Shown here piece after piece: positions 10,928-24,709 of a DNA stretch of 64,000 nt (position 1 is its first letter; each line of letters opens with the position of its first letter). The DNA is from Batkoa obscura (Eukaryota): contig JASVEC010000010.1 in assembly GCA_030770535.1 (NCBI GenBank), positions 930,001-994,000 on the forward strand. The letters run 5' to 3'. A program made the position numbers and the translations under genes. A model generated the notes under the pieces. The model worked only from the letters and a program-made list of their open reading frames with translations. It did not search any database and was not told where the DNA came from.

Positions 10928-13900
10928 CTACATTTTCACCTTTCTTCTTTTTTAATTTCTTCATACTTTTGACTACTTTCATTAATGTATTATCATTATA
11001 AATCAGTTCTTTATTACCATTGATTTCATGTTTAAAAGTAATTTTGTATTCTAAACCCAGTTTATGTGTACTAATATGATAATCTAAACAATCTATTAAT
11101 TGCTAAATTGTAGCTAGATATTGAAATAAAATTAAAAAACTACGATATTTAATTTCAATTCGGAAACAAAACTCCTCATTTTTATCAAGTGATAGCATTG
11201 TTGTATATCATTCAAGTTCGTATTTTTGAGGATTAGTAGGAGGGACGTGTGGGATTTGATTAATACTAGATTGTTTTCCTAAACCTAAGAATGATATATA
11301 TCCAATTGGTCTTGGTACTGCATTTCCCATAGAAATTAGAATTTAACTTAAGTTATAATTGCCTATCAATTTATGTTAATCAGGTAAGTTACTACAAAAT
11401 TGATCCGAATCTAAAAACCCTATATAAAATATTATTGATATTACAATTATTAATCATGTATCAAGAATTCTATTAGTTGCCTTACATGCGTCCACATTCT
11501 GTAACAGTTAATGATCGAGGTTCTACATAATGAACAGATACAAACTATAAAAATATCCATAAATTTAAGTTTCAAAAAATAAGTATCAAAATCACCGTAT
11601 TTGTAATTGTCAATACTATATTAATTGTGACTACTTGACAACCAGGATCAACTCTTCAATATGTTTTTGGTGTATTTTTTACTAAATGATCATTATGAAA
11701 TTGAAAGGGTATATTTTTATAATAAACTTACATGATTTTTAGTAATATTGACTTTTGAAAATATAAATTCTAAATGAGCTAACTCTGGATCTAATGGCGA
11801 AAAATCTATATGATTTTGACGTGTAGAATTAATTGACATATAACGATGTGCAGTTATTCCACTTGACTAAAACAAAAATGAGATATTAAAATGAATTTTT
11901 AATTTAGTACTTTCTGTTATTTAGATATCCTCTTACTTTAACTCGACCATTTAAAATAGTTGGTAAATCACTAATTATCTGCCTTACTGTAAGGGGTGAT
12001 AATGGTACTTTTTGTAGATTTCGATGAATTTCATTTCTTGGTATTGGTATAGTAAACGAACTTTGTTTTAATCCTAAATGAGAAGCAGTTGGTAGAGAAA
12101 ATAATGCCTGATCATAAGCTAATAGAATTAAATATCAATAAATAAATAAGTAAAGTTTTAAATTAAAAATTTCAAGTTATCAACATACCAAATAAATAAT
12201 CTATTTCTATTTTGATAAGTACCATGATTAGAAGCAGATATCACTTTAAATTTCACTTAATAAATAATGGAAAGAAAAAAACAATTGAGACATTGAGTGG
12301 ACTTTTTCTCTTTGTTTTGTAGCTGAATCCAATCGAAAGCATATAAAATTATTACTTATTAATTAGCTATTTATTTAATACTAATTCAATCAAAATCTTG
12401 ATTTTATCCAATTTGCTCCAATAGTACAAATTTGAGTTGATAATGATCTACAAAAGAAGTCAATGATATGATCATGAATGATTTTAGTAAAAAAGTATGA
12501 GATTCTTTATGTCGATTTAATAAAGAATAACTTTGGCAAGGAGTACTAATATCAATAAAATCTATATCTCCCTTTCAAAAAAAACTAAAAATCAAAAAAA
12601 GCAATCTTGATAAATAATAAATAAAAAAGCTTACTTTTTCGGATAAAAATTATTTTTATAGTTATCTTTTTAAAGAAGATACTAATATATTCAGTCAAAA
12701 AGGTCACTTTTTTGTTTCTATAATTTAATTTATAAGCTTCCGTGGCATTCTTTCAAGATCAACTATCCTAAATAAATATAAATATTAATTACTTTTACTC
12801 TTAGATTTACTATTAAATTTACCATTTGATTTCTGTTAAACCAGAATCTGAGATCCTCATCTCTAAGAAACCATAACCAGAAAATAAATCAAAAACTTTT
12901 AATTTTTGATGATTTGCTTTATTTTTTATCACTTCTTTTTTATATGAAAATAAGATTCGATAAAATTTGGAATTATTTCGATATTACAATTCAGAATTTT
13001 CGTAATCCATTATAAATCTAAAAAAGAAATAATAAAATATTAATTTAATAGCATCTTTATAAATTATTTCAAGCCCAATTGATCCTCTGCTTCTCTATAT
13101 TGTAAATGATTAGGTAATTCCTCCCATTTTCTTTTTACTGGTATAAATTGAACATGATAAATACCTACAATTTGTTCAATAGTAACTTCAATTTCTTTAT
13201 CAGCTAATATCAGTTCATTAACTTGAAAGTCAACGATATATAGCTCAGCTTCATTTTCTGATTCAAACATATCACTCACTTCTTTAGCTCTTAAAAGTAT
13301 CCGAAATTTCCATAACTGTTGCCTTTATTAATATTAATTAATCTATTTTTAATGTGCTTTCATTATTTTTTGTATTAATTTCTTGATTTTTATTATTATA
13401 ATCTAACAAAAAGGTATATCCTAATTGATTGGAATTATTTAATATTGTTCTTTTTGCTATTCTGTTTTTATTACATTCACAAATAAATTTATATATTTCA
13501 TTCATTAATTCATAATCCGATAATTTAATAAAGGACATATCTATTCGATCATAAAAATAACGACAAAAATAATTGTCTTTGGTTTCTAATTTTACATAAA
13601 AGACCTTATTATTATTATTTAGTATATATTTACCTTTATAATAATTTTTTCCCAAATTAACATTTACTTTATATTTAGTACCATCAATAGGATAATCAAT
13701 ATTATCACATTCACAATAAAAAGTGTAAAATAACTAAAATAAAGATTAATTAATTATTGATTAATATTACTCTATTAAAATAGTTTATGCAAAAATTTAC
13801 TTTAAAAAGTGAGTATTCTGACAAATCTATAATAAATGTTTGATGGATTTTGTATATCCAAATTAATTGAAATTGAATGTTTCCCATTTTTGTCTTCATT

Positions 13901-15841
13901 AAATTTAGTAATTCTTACAGTCTATTAAGAATTTCCATCATTCCAACTAGTATTACTATCTTGTTCAATTTCAACAAAGTCATCTATTTTTATTGTTTTG
14001 ACTTGATGTTGTTATGATTTTATTATTAACTCTCTTAATAACTTGAACATTTTCATAATCAAATCCTATTAATAATAGATTCTCTTCAATTTCAATTTCT
14101 GGTTTGATAGAATTTAATCAAATAAGGCAATTATTTTTAGTTAAATTGTATACCATTTATTTTCGATCTTCAAAAATAATATTCTAGAATTACATTAAAT
14201 ATCAAAATAATTATTTATTATTACTCTTACTTTGATTTTCATGCTATCTTGATCTTTGATTAACTTTAACATAGTATCTTCTTCGATTTCATATGTTTCT
14301 TCTTTGATATCCTAATCAACAATATTAAGCTATTAAACAGAATTTTAATTAAAAGATTTACCATTTTTGCTTTGAAACTCCCAATTAAACTATACAATTC
14401 TTGTTTATTATGAATTATGTATTCATCTTCAACTTTAGATATAATAACATGAAACTAAATAATTTTTAACTTTATTGTTTTCGTAATTAGATGCTCTACT
14501 ACTTTATTTCTGTTATCTATAAAAATTAAATTAAAATAAACCAACTATAATTCATAGTATAATAGATGACTAAATATTTACCAACCTTAATATCTGCTTC
14601 TATTTTCACATCTATTGTTTCGCTTTTATGCTAAATCACCTAATTAACTAATTCTATTAATATGATATCTTATTAACATACCATTGTAGTTAAAGAAGAG
14701 AGTAAATATAGCTTAAATCTTTTATTTGTAAAAGCCCAAGAACCTTCAGAATCTGAGAACTCTCTTATACTTTCTTTATAATCTATCTTTTTAACTCCAG
14801 CTTTTTTTATTAGTGATTTTACTATATGCTAATTTAAATGAGTTTTTATTTAAGACTCTATTCTTTAAATTATATTAATAAATCTTACTTTCATCCCAAT
14901 TAGAGTGGGAACTAATACTAATATCATCGGTATTAGGTATAATATTTATAGCATTTGTAGTAACTGAGTTTATAACTCCATTTGATTGAACTAGTTCTGA
15001 ACTTAGTTCAACTTCAATTATTAAATTTTTATCTTCTACGCTTTCAGTAATACTTTTCATAAAAGATTTAATAACTTTAGTTTCATTTTCTTGACTTTCT
15101 TCAGTATTAAGATCCATTCCAGTTAATAATTTTCTATTGACTTTATAATATTATTTGAAACAGAATAGTTAATTCGATTGGATAAAGTTTGTGAACTCGA
15201 ATCCACTTTTAGTAACAAACTTCTATTAGCTACAATATTTATTCCATTACTGTTAAAACAAGTGAACATTTCATTTATAGCTAATTGAACCTCTCTATTT
15301 AAAAATAAAGCTTCCGTTCTATTATTGTTAACTTAAATCGGACCTAAACTTTGTTCCATTTGACTAATCCAGTCCAAATTTGCCTAAATGTTCATCACAC
15401 TTTTATTCACTGAATGAAAATTCGACTTCGTTTCCATCTTATTTTAATTCATATCATTTAATAAGTTTCGATTATCTAGCCCATTTATACTGTTAATTAA
15501 TCGAATTTGAACCCTTTATTACAATAAACTATTTCCTAAATTAAATGCCATCTCTCCCATTAAATTTTGACGATTTAAGCCATGGATATCATTGTCGGTT
15601 ATTGAATTCAAATTAACAGTTTTATGAGATGGGGTTCTATATAGTCTAGTATCTGCATCATATTGCAAACTTGTACTGGATATTCCATTGCTATGATCAT
15701 TTGTGATCTCATTTGAACTTCCATTATCATCACTATGAAGTTCCTCTGAACTTGAATCCAGCTCATTCATTAAAGATCTTGATAAATCAATAAATTCTTT
15801 GTTCTTGTCTTCTGATCTATATTGGATAAGTTATAACTCAT
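10928..15841 (-). pseudogene. DNMT1/DIM-2-like C5-cytosine DNA methyltransferase (BAH-BAH-MTase), multi-exon, apparently disabled
   Basis: Manual translation gives the C5-MTase motifs in order: I LKVFDLFSGYG (~12870-12900), IV KGDIDFIDISTPCQSYSLLNR (PCQ at 12533-12541), VI SFVDHYQLKFVLLEQI, VIII ASNHGTYQNRNR (~12205-12240), TRD PLTVRQIISDLP (~11960-11995), IX VHYVEPRSLTVTECGRM*GF and X GNAVP (11313-11327). BAH-like exons lie at 13.0-14.0 kb. Several frameshifts and in-frame stops. The 5' boundary is approximate. Confidence 0.85.
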
Positions 15842-16566
15842 TATTGAAAATTAAAAAAGAGTCCAAAAATTGAATCGAACTTTTTATATATTCCTTAAAT
15901 TTTTTGCAGTTTTTGAGGAAAAATAAAAAATCTTCACAGAGCCTTAGACAATCAGATACCAGATGATAATAATGGCTCAATTTTAAGATAGCGAGAGTTG
16001 ATTGTAAGATTGGAGAGATAATATATTTTTGATTTGATTTGAAAGTTTATTTCAAAAAGTTTATTTTGCATTTTTCAAATTCTATTTAGCCACAACTAAG
16101 TTTTAATTGATTCAACTTTTATCAGATTTATAGTAATGAATAAAATTTTAATCCCTGAGATTCTTAATAAGAAAATAGTACTAAATTACAAAGCTAATAA
16201 AACGTAATAGATTATTAAAATCAATGACTGTTTTTATTATCCTTTGATTAAAGAAAGTGGACATTTACTTTACGATGCTTACTACAATCATTACTCTCTC
16301 ATCGGATCTGGATTGATTGTTTGATTATGTTCACTTTGAGATTTAGAAAAAAAATGTGTTTTAAAATTCTATTAACTGATTTCATCCTCTTTTTTTGGGC
16401 AATATTTCTCTCACTTTCATCCAAAGTAGAACTTTTTGCAATCTCTTATCCATTCGTTTATAGTAAATTACATCAATTTGATTATGCAGTAATGAGTAAG
16501 AAATTAACATTGATTTAAAAAATTATTAAGAAATTAAGTGAATAAAAGAGTTGTATAGTTTCTATA

Positions 16567-18774
16567 ATGGATGACTTTAACTGGGAAGTTAGTGATGGTG
16601 AATGGGAAGAGATGAGTAAGTAAATTCATTTTATAAAACAAAAGATAAGGGTATTAATATTAATTGTAGTGGAGTCTCAAGTAATAAAAAAAATAAAAGT
16701 AGATAACTTGGAAGTAGTAAGTTTTTATATTAAATGTAAATAAATGTTATATTTAACTATAAAAGACAGAAAATAATGCAAAAAAAGAAGAACCGAAAGC
16801 TCAAAGTAAGCTTCAAATTGAATTTATTGGAAAGGTTTTGAGTTACTTTTGTAATTAGATAATGAAATTTTGAAGGAAGAAGAAGATAATGAAGAAGAAG
16901 AAGAAGAAGTCTGGGAAGAGATTGAAGATTTACCAAATCCAAATAAAATTCAACAAGGTAATTTAAAATTAGATAAATTTTAATTTGATTTTAATTAAGA
17001 AAATAGAATCCAATCAACCATTAACAATAACGATAAACCTGCCACAAATCTATACCAAAAATATCAAAAAAAGAGCAAATTATCAACTCAATAAACAACA
17101 AAAAGAGAAATTGATATTAATTCACCGAGCTTATTTAACTACATATATTAATTTTGGATTATACTTAAATTCATTTCATTATGATAATTATTTAAAAGCA
17201 ATTCTTTTGTCTCATTTGGACCCTAATTTGTTGATTAAATTTCCTATCACGAATAAAGACACATTGGAATATACATTGAGTTGTATTAAATTAATTGGTA
17301 ATTGGTGGGATTACAAATTTAAGATTATTAATGGATGTAGTTTATGTGACCAGAAAGAGGTAAATTTAAATATAATTGAACATAATAATATAATATAATA
17401 TATACTGATATATATTAATATAGAAGAGTAATATCAAATCAGATTTATATCAAAGTTCAATGACATTAAAAGGGTGTGAATGTAATAAAAATATATTATT
17501 AATAATAATATTTAAATTGATTGGGTTCCAAACAAGAATCATAACAGAAATGATGATACCGATAATTTATTTTCCATTTGCAACAGAAGATGAAAATACA
17601 ATTGATAAACAAATTGAATTAATAAAATTCAATAAATATCAACTTTGGGGAGAATTGTTATTACCTTTTAATCAAAATTGGATTCCATTTAAAGATTTTG
17701 AATATTTTAATATTAAAGGGGAAAATGAGAACTATACAAATTATAATAAATTGAAAAATCATAAAAAATATTATTTAAATTATATAATTGGATTTTCAGG
17801 TAATTAATAATATTATATAATAATATAATAACATAACATTTATATATTAACTTTTAATTAGATACTACAATTGATTTGACTAATAAATATGTGAATGATT
17901 TTTTATCCAAACATATTAAATTAAGACAACGGTTTTTATCTACTGATAATCATCGTAATTGGTTAAAAGATTATTTAAGTACTTTAATCAGTAGTGGGTT
18001 TGAGGAAGTAATTTTAATATTAATTAATTAAGTAGTATTAAAATAGAGTATTAATACTAATAATATTATAAATAGGAATGGGAAACATTAAGTAAAAAAC
18101 AAGAAGTTAAAAATCTAATTAATGAAAAGATGCCTACAAATTTGAAAGGGTTTAAAAATCACCCATTAGTTGTATTACAACGATATATACCTAAAAATCA
18201 AATCATTAAACCTAATAGTAAACATATAGGCTTGTTCAAAGGAGAAAAAATTTATAATAAGAAAGATTTAAGTCTAGTTAAAAATCAAATGGGATGGAAA
18301 TTATTAGGTAAAGAAATTATAGAAAAATACAAAAAAGAAAATGATAATGGAAACATATTGTATCCAGAATATCAAACAAAATTAATTCAATTAGAAGATA
18401 TAAAAGATCAAGATATTTGTATTTTAAAAAATTCATTTGGTAATTTTGAATTATTTCAACCTAATATGCTACCTAAAGATATGAGTTATTTGAATCAAAA
18501 ATATATTGATAAAGTAGCACAACAAAACAACATTCAATATTTAAGAGCAGTAACTGAATTTAAATTTACAAATAATAAAATGAATCCAGTAATTAATGGT
18601 ATTGTTATAAAAAATAAGGATTTAGAATTATTATTATCAAAATATCAATTGTATATGAATAAAGTAAAACAAATGGAATTTAAATTAAGATTTAACAAGG
18701 GAGTTAATAATTGGAAGAAGATATTTAAGTTTTTGAATTTGAAATATAGGCTATTGAATGAATATACGAAATAA
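16567..18774 (+). CDS. RAD4: Rad4/XPC-family nucleotide excision repair protein (multi-exon)
   Basis: The last exon has the BHD1-3 signatures MPTNLKGFKNHPLVVLQRYI, KNSFGNFELFQPNMLP and AVTEFKF..PVINGIVI. The first exon has an acidic EWEE motif. Exon boundaries are approximate. Confidence 0.82.
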
Positions 18775-18834
18775 ATTATTGTTATTATTAAATTATTATT
18801 ATATATTATCTTCCTTTTTACTTTTTCATTTTAT

Positions 18835-20636
18835 TTAAAGTTTAGTTATAGTAGGAGAAGATAAAGGTTCATAAACGTTACTAGACCAATAGGAAGAAGT
18901 AGAATTGGTGTGATTTGTGATTGAATTAGGAATCAAGTGATTCTTAGTAATATCTTTTAAAGTAGGAGTACCCATTAATCTCATAGTCATTTCTAATTCT
19001 TCTCTTAAAATATCAATTGCTTTTTCAATACCTTCTTGGCCATAAGTAGACATAGCATATAAGAATGGTCGACCAATACCTACTGCAGTGGCACCTAAAT
19101 TGAGTGAATTAGTTGAATTTGTTAAATTATTTTAAACTTCAATCTTATTATTAATATCTTACCTAATGCTAAAGCTTTAAAAATATCAGAACCACGACGA
19201 ATACCCCCATCAATATAGACTTCCATTCTTTTTTGAGTTGGATTTTGTTGATAATATTGATCCAACATCTCCATTACCTCCGGTAAAATTTCAATGCCTG
19301 ATCGTGCCGTATCAATTTGTCTACCTCCATGATTTGAAAGTACAACACCTTGTACACCATGTTGAGCTGCTAACACTGCATCTTCGCCTGCCTGAATACC
19401 TTTTAATACAATTGGCATATTAGTCACCTTTTTAAACCATTTCAAATCCTCCCAACATAAAGAAGGATCAATAAAAGAAGAAATAGCTCGTGCCGCACCT
19501 TGATTTCGATTTTGTTTTTCTTTTTCATGTTGATAAGCATTTTGAATAGCACTTTGTTGTTCAAATTTCATTCTCATATCTTTCTCTCTTTTACCTAATT
19601 GAGGCGCATCTACCGTGATAAATAAGCCTTTACATCCTGCGGCTTCAGCGTTTTTTATTACTCTTTCTGTGATACTACGTTGACTATTGACATATAACTG
19701 TAAAAATTGAACTTGTTCTTTTTGTTTAGCTGTTACTATATCATCCAATGAACAAGAAGAAAGAGTAGGTATCATCTGAATAATACCCTTTGAATAAGCT
19801 GCTTTAGTAAGATTGACTTCTCCTTTAGGGTGGCCCAATTTACCAAGCGCAGTAGCTGTAATATAAATAGGTAATTGACTTGGATTACTCAATATTTTTG
19901 TATTAGTAGTTACTTTTTTAACATTAATCATCACTCTCGGTTTTAAATAAATACGTTGAAAAGCAGTAATGTTTTCTCGTAAAGTGAGTTCATCATCTGC
20001 TCCACTAGAATAGTATGCCCATGCTTCTCGTTTCATTAAATGTTTAGCAACTACTTCGAAATCATAAAGGTTTAGCATCGTACTAATGTTAGGTCGTTTC
20101 TTAACAACAACAGTATCATAATGATGAGGTTCTTCATATTTGTTACTGGGATGAGTGGTTGAAGCGTTATTCGAACCATAAGTACCTATACATTGGTTGA
20201 TATTAATATGGAATGATAAAATATAAAATTTGCTAAATTTTTCAACTTACCCATCTCTACTTCAGGCGGTAATAATCTTTGAATAATATCTATTAAATAA
20301 TATTAATATCAATTACTCTTTTCTTTTCTTTCTTCTTAAAAAAAACAAATCAATTGAAATAAAAATAATTACCTTTTGGATGTATTGGATCAAAAGCTTT
20401 AGTGGCATCTTTACCAGCATATTTTAAAATTATATTCTTTCCACCTGGATGTTCATCAAGAAACTGAGTTAAGTCGTAGACTTTATCGTATATTATACAC
20501 CAGCAATCAGTGGCACTATTGTGTTTGGAGCTAATTGATTTAGTTAATTGATTTGAATGAAGATAATGTTGAATTTTTTTAGTAAGGGAATGAAGATTAC
20601 TTACATTTCCTCTAAAGATAGTTGCTTTAAGGTCAT
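18835..20636 (-). CDS. Flavocytochrome b2-type FMN alpha-hydroxy-acid dehydrogenase (cyt b5 + FMN domain), multi-exon
   Basis: The cyt b5 domain has DCWCIIYDKVYDLTQFLDEHPGG. The FMN domain has AWAYYSSGADDE, SNHGGRQID and DGGIRRGSDIFKALALG. Likely start MTLKQLSLEEI at 20636, followed by a GTAAGT intron. Confidence 0.93.
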
Positions 20637-21019
20637 AATAGTTAAACAATTGTTAAACTTTTATAATAAAAGATGAAAAAGTGAAAAATATTTCAATTTT
20701 TTCTAAAAGTGTCTTTATTTATCTATCATGATGTAACAGGTGACTTAGATTGATGATCAATTTAAGCTATTGATAAAAAACTCATCAAAAATAAAATCAC
20801 CTATTCTTAAGTGCATTTATCTATCTTTTAGCTTTTACTTTAATTTAAAATAGTTTGTTTATAGTAAATTTACTACTATAAGATAAGCTTGAATAATAAT
20901 TACGCTATAAGGGTTATTCATTAAGATAAAAAATAAAACGATTTAAATAAAAAAATAAAGAGTGAAATATTAAATATACACTATAAGTATTCAATAGTGA
21001 AGTAATAAAATTTTATTAA

Positions 21020-22603
21020 TTAATGACCTGGGCCTCTACCTTCAATTGGCCATACATGTTCTACTTTACCACCTTTTACAGCAACTACATAATCATGCTA
21101 AAAAAGAGATAATAAATAAACTTCATAAAGAAATAAAAGGAATTCAACTTACCATATTAAAAGTAGGGTCACAATGACCTGGAATCAATTTAATAATTTG
21201 ACCGAATTTATAAGCTTTTGGATTTTGAAACTTAGTTGTATTTTCATCTGGTACAATTTGACCATGCTCATCACCCTGTGATATATATCTTAATGGTTGT
21301 TCTCCTTTTTCAACTACTACTTTGGGGAGTCCGGAATCTAATGATAGTGATTTAAGGCCTGCATCTATAATGAGGCGTGGTGATACAGTAGTATCTGCTC
21401 TTTGTGATTGGATCTTGGAATAAATAAATAAACTATGTTCAAAAGAGTTCACTTTTTCTCCATAAGTAACATCATAATTATCAGCGTAATCTAATCAATA
21501 GTAATAAATATAATGCATGAAATCAAATTGAAATATTAACTATTTACCAACGTCCATAAACAAATAAGATCCCTAGAGAAGACAGTTCATTAATAAAATA
21601 AAGATAAAAGAATAAAAATGAATTCTATTACCACTTGAACTTCATGATAGATTCCAGTTTGAATTTCGAATTGAAAAGAACCTGTACCACCACCAGTAAT
21701 AGTATCAACATTAATATTATTTTCTTTTAATAGTTCAATACATTTTTCTAATTTTCCTTTTACTAAAGGACCTAAAACCGTATTTCTTCTTTCATCATAA
21801 GAACGTACATGCTGGTTACTTCCATTATAAGCATGTATTCCTTTAAAATGTAAACAAGGAATTTCATTAGCCAATTTAACAATCTCCAATACTTCCTCTG
21901 GTTCATCAACACCACCACGATCTTGACCGACATTAACTTCTATGTAATAATTTAATTCCAATTCGGTATTCTCATAATGTTTTTTTAATAATTTTATATG
22001 TTCTACATCATCTACGCAAACAGCTAATAATGGGTTCTCTTTCTTTTCCTTCATAGCTTGACTTAACTTAACTAATCTTTGCAATTTTTTATCAGATACA
22101 ATAGAATTCGTGATTAATAAATCCCAACTCTCATCTTTCTTTGAGCCGTAAATTAAGCTCTCAGCTTCGGTTATTTTGGCACAACAGATGCCACTGGCAC
22201 CACCCAATTTTTTTTGAATAGAAGCAATACTGGGACATTTATGGGTCTTGAAATGAGGACGTATACGGATCGAGTGGTTAATTTTTTGACTTTCTTCCTC
22301 AACTAATGATACCATTTTTTTTAAATTATTTTCAAATGCTTCAAGTTCAACTACTAATGCTGGCGTTTCAATATCTTCAATGGAATCACCTACCTATTAT
22401 TTTGTATTATTAGTTTTTGTAAAAGTGTTTAATTGAAATGAACTTGCCTTAGCTGGTGGACCTTGTCTGAATGATTGAGTTAAAGTCATAATGTTGCTGT
22501 TGTTGGTATTAATATTGCTATGAAATAGCTTACTAGGAAAAATCGGGTTTATATACTGAAATTTGGGTGCTTTTAAATGAGTTAGAATTTTGACTTGGAA
22601 CAT
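21020..22603 (-). CDS. DSD1-family fold-type III PLP enzyme (D-threonine aldolase / D-serine dehydratase / 3-hydroxy-aspartate aldolase-like), multi-exon
   Basis: TPALVVELEAFENNL, RPHFKTHK (PLP lysine), IEVNVGQDRGGV, TGGGTGS, DAGLKSLSLDSGLP, IPGHCDPT and a C-terminal GRGPGH. Possible mitochondrial presequence. Confidence 0.88.
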
Positions 22604-24126
22604 CTAATACTAATTTTAAAAAATTTCAACTGATGATGTATTGAAAATAGATTTAATTCATTGTTATTTGTTAAAATTCAAATTTAGCATTAAATTCCAA
22701 GACTTTTGAATTTACTTTTTCAAATTCTTCCTACTATTTTCAATTTAAATAATTTTTTTAAATCAAAACTCTAAATATAGTCCAAGCTAAATCAATGAAT
22801 AGTATCATTTGATATGAATTTAAATTTCTCAACGTTCACACTTTTTTGCCCTGTGATAGCAAGGTTCTGTCCTTGAACATATTTGTATACTTACTCTAAT
22901 ATTTACTGCATCGTTATCTATGACTCATATCTAAACTCTTATCTATGAAAAATAGTGTTATATAATTGTATTTATTATGTCTATTTTGACTATTAATAGC
23001 TTCAATTTTGATAAAAATCCGCTTATGATCTTTTAAATTACTATAAAATTTTATCTTTAAACTCATCCTAGAAACTAACTTTAATCAGCCTAGTATTTAT
23101 ATTAAATATTATTAGTTTATTTACAATTTAAATCCTTATAAATTATTATGAATCTGTTTTAATTAAACTCGGTTCAAAATAATGATAGATGGATCCTAAC
23201 AACCATCTTCTTAATTTGAAACTTGAAAATTGGTACATTTTATAAAAGATATTAATCATCATAGTAAAAACGGTATTATCATGAAAGAACACAATACAGC
23301 TAATCGATTTCATAAAAAAGTGTAAAGATTTTTTTAAATGATTCATTGCACTGATAAACTATCATGGCAATATTAAGATATCATTCATTAGTAATCGTTG
23401 ATTAAATTTGATAGATTAATAAATTAAATGTTTCATTATAACTACAATTCATTGATTCTATAGTGACATTTAGTTTATAAGTCTATCAAATTTAATGAAT
23501 GATTATCAGCATGGATGATACAACTTAATAGATTAATGGTGCTAAAATCTAATATTTCCTTAACCCTTTGAATACCTATGTCATAAAAAAAATTCTGTTT
23601 GATTAGATCATGATTTCCAATCAATTTTATGCCAGCTAGATGATTTTTTTGAAACAATACCCGAAGGATTTGATTAAAATCGTGCAAGTAATACTCGTTA
23701 TAATTTAATTTAATTTACAAAAATTTAGATAATCTAACTCATCCACGTTAAGTAATTAAAGGGTTGATATTAGTAAAAGAAGGTTGAAAGGTATAGTTTA
23801 GTAAGTTGTCACACTTTGTAAAAATTAACAGAAAAATTGAAGTACCCAAATTGATTTGGAATGACTGATTGGCTAATAAGGAAATTAAGCAGAGTGGAGT
23901 TTTATTTTTTAAAATGAATAAGGAGGATTTTAATTTTCATTATTGATAACTTATTAAGTCCTCCTTTTAATAATATTCGGTAAAATAATTTTTAATTTAA
24001 GCTACACACCTTTGAATGAAAGAAGAAAGTCTAGATAAACTACATCATCGAATTATGGGATTTAGATATTTTTATTTATAACTACCTTAAATAGGTAGCA
24101 TTTTAAATAAGCTAATAAATGTATAT

Positions 24127-24223
24127 GAGGGTGTTTTTTTGGTTTCCTCATTTTTCCATTTTTAAAGCACTATTTAAGTGGAAAAGTTGCTAGTAAAATT
24201 CTTAAACAAAAAAATACATCCCC
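24127..24223. mobile_element. MITE copy 7
   Basis: ATAT/ATAT TSD; nearly identical (about 3 differences) to the reverse complement of copy 16. Confidence 0.9.
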
Positions 24224-24570
24224 ATATATTGAGCTTAAGTAAAAGAACCATTTTTTGAAAGTTAACTAGAAGTAAATATAATAAATTTAAATAATAGAAC
24301 TATAATCATTTATCGATTTTATAAAGACAATGTCCACTTTAATGAAACATTAAAATCATATATCATATTTTTAATAATAGTAAATTTACTACTTATCAAT
24401 AAAGAATAAACAATAATATATAAAGCCTAGTTCATAAACGGTTTTATTATCCTATTTTAATAGTAATAATGAGGAATATGCATAGCATTTAGATACTAGT
24501 TTAGATTATTTCTCCTTACATTAACCTAACTGCCCTCTACTACTAATCGATTGAACCATTATTTTTTATA

Positions 24571-24709
24571 CTACTAGTTCAATTTAAACATGAATTGGGC
24601 ATTTTCAACTTTGTATTTTCTAGATACAAAAATAGGAAAAATTATGATAATTAAATCTAGTAAATACAAAACAAAAAATGCTCAATTCATGTTTAAATCA
24701 GAGCAGTAG
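24571..24709. mobile_element. Second MITE family: ~139-bp foldback element flanked by TA (Tc1/mariner-like)
   Basis: ~57-bp imperfect inverted arms (CTACTAGTTCAATTTAAACATGAATTGGGCATTTT... / ...AAAATGCTCAATTCATGTTTAAATCAGAGCAGTAG) with TA on both sides. Confidence 0.65.

Noticed and set aside
11376..15521. TAA/TAG reassigned to Gln (alternative genetic code) to explain the stops in the methyltransferase
   Set aside because: Conserved genes in the window terminate normally with TAA and have no in-frame TAR codons; the locus also has frameshifts.
22800..23750. Possible degraded gene (ORFs 23146-23346 and 23475-23687)
   Set aside because: Coding-like fragments, but I cannot identify any motif, so there is not enough support for a call.
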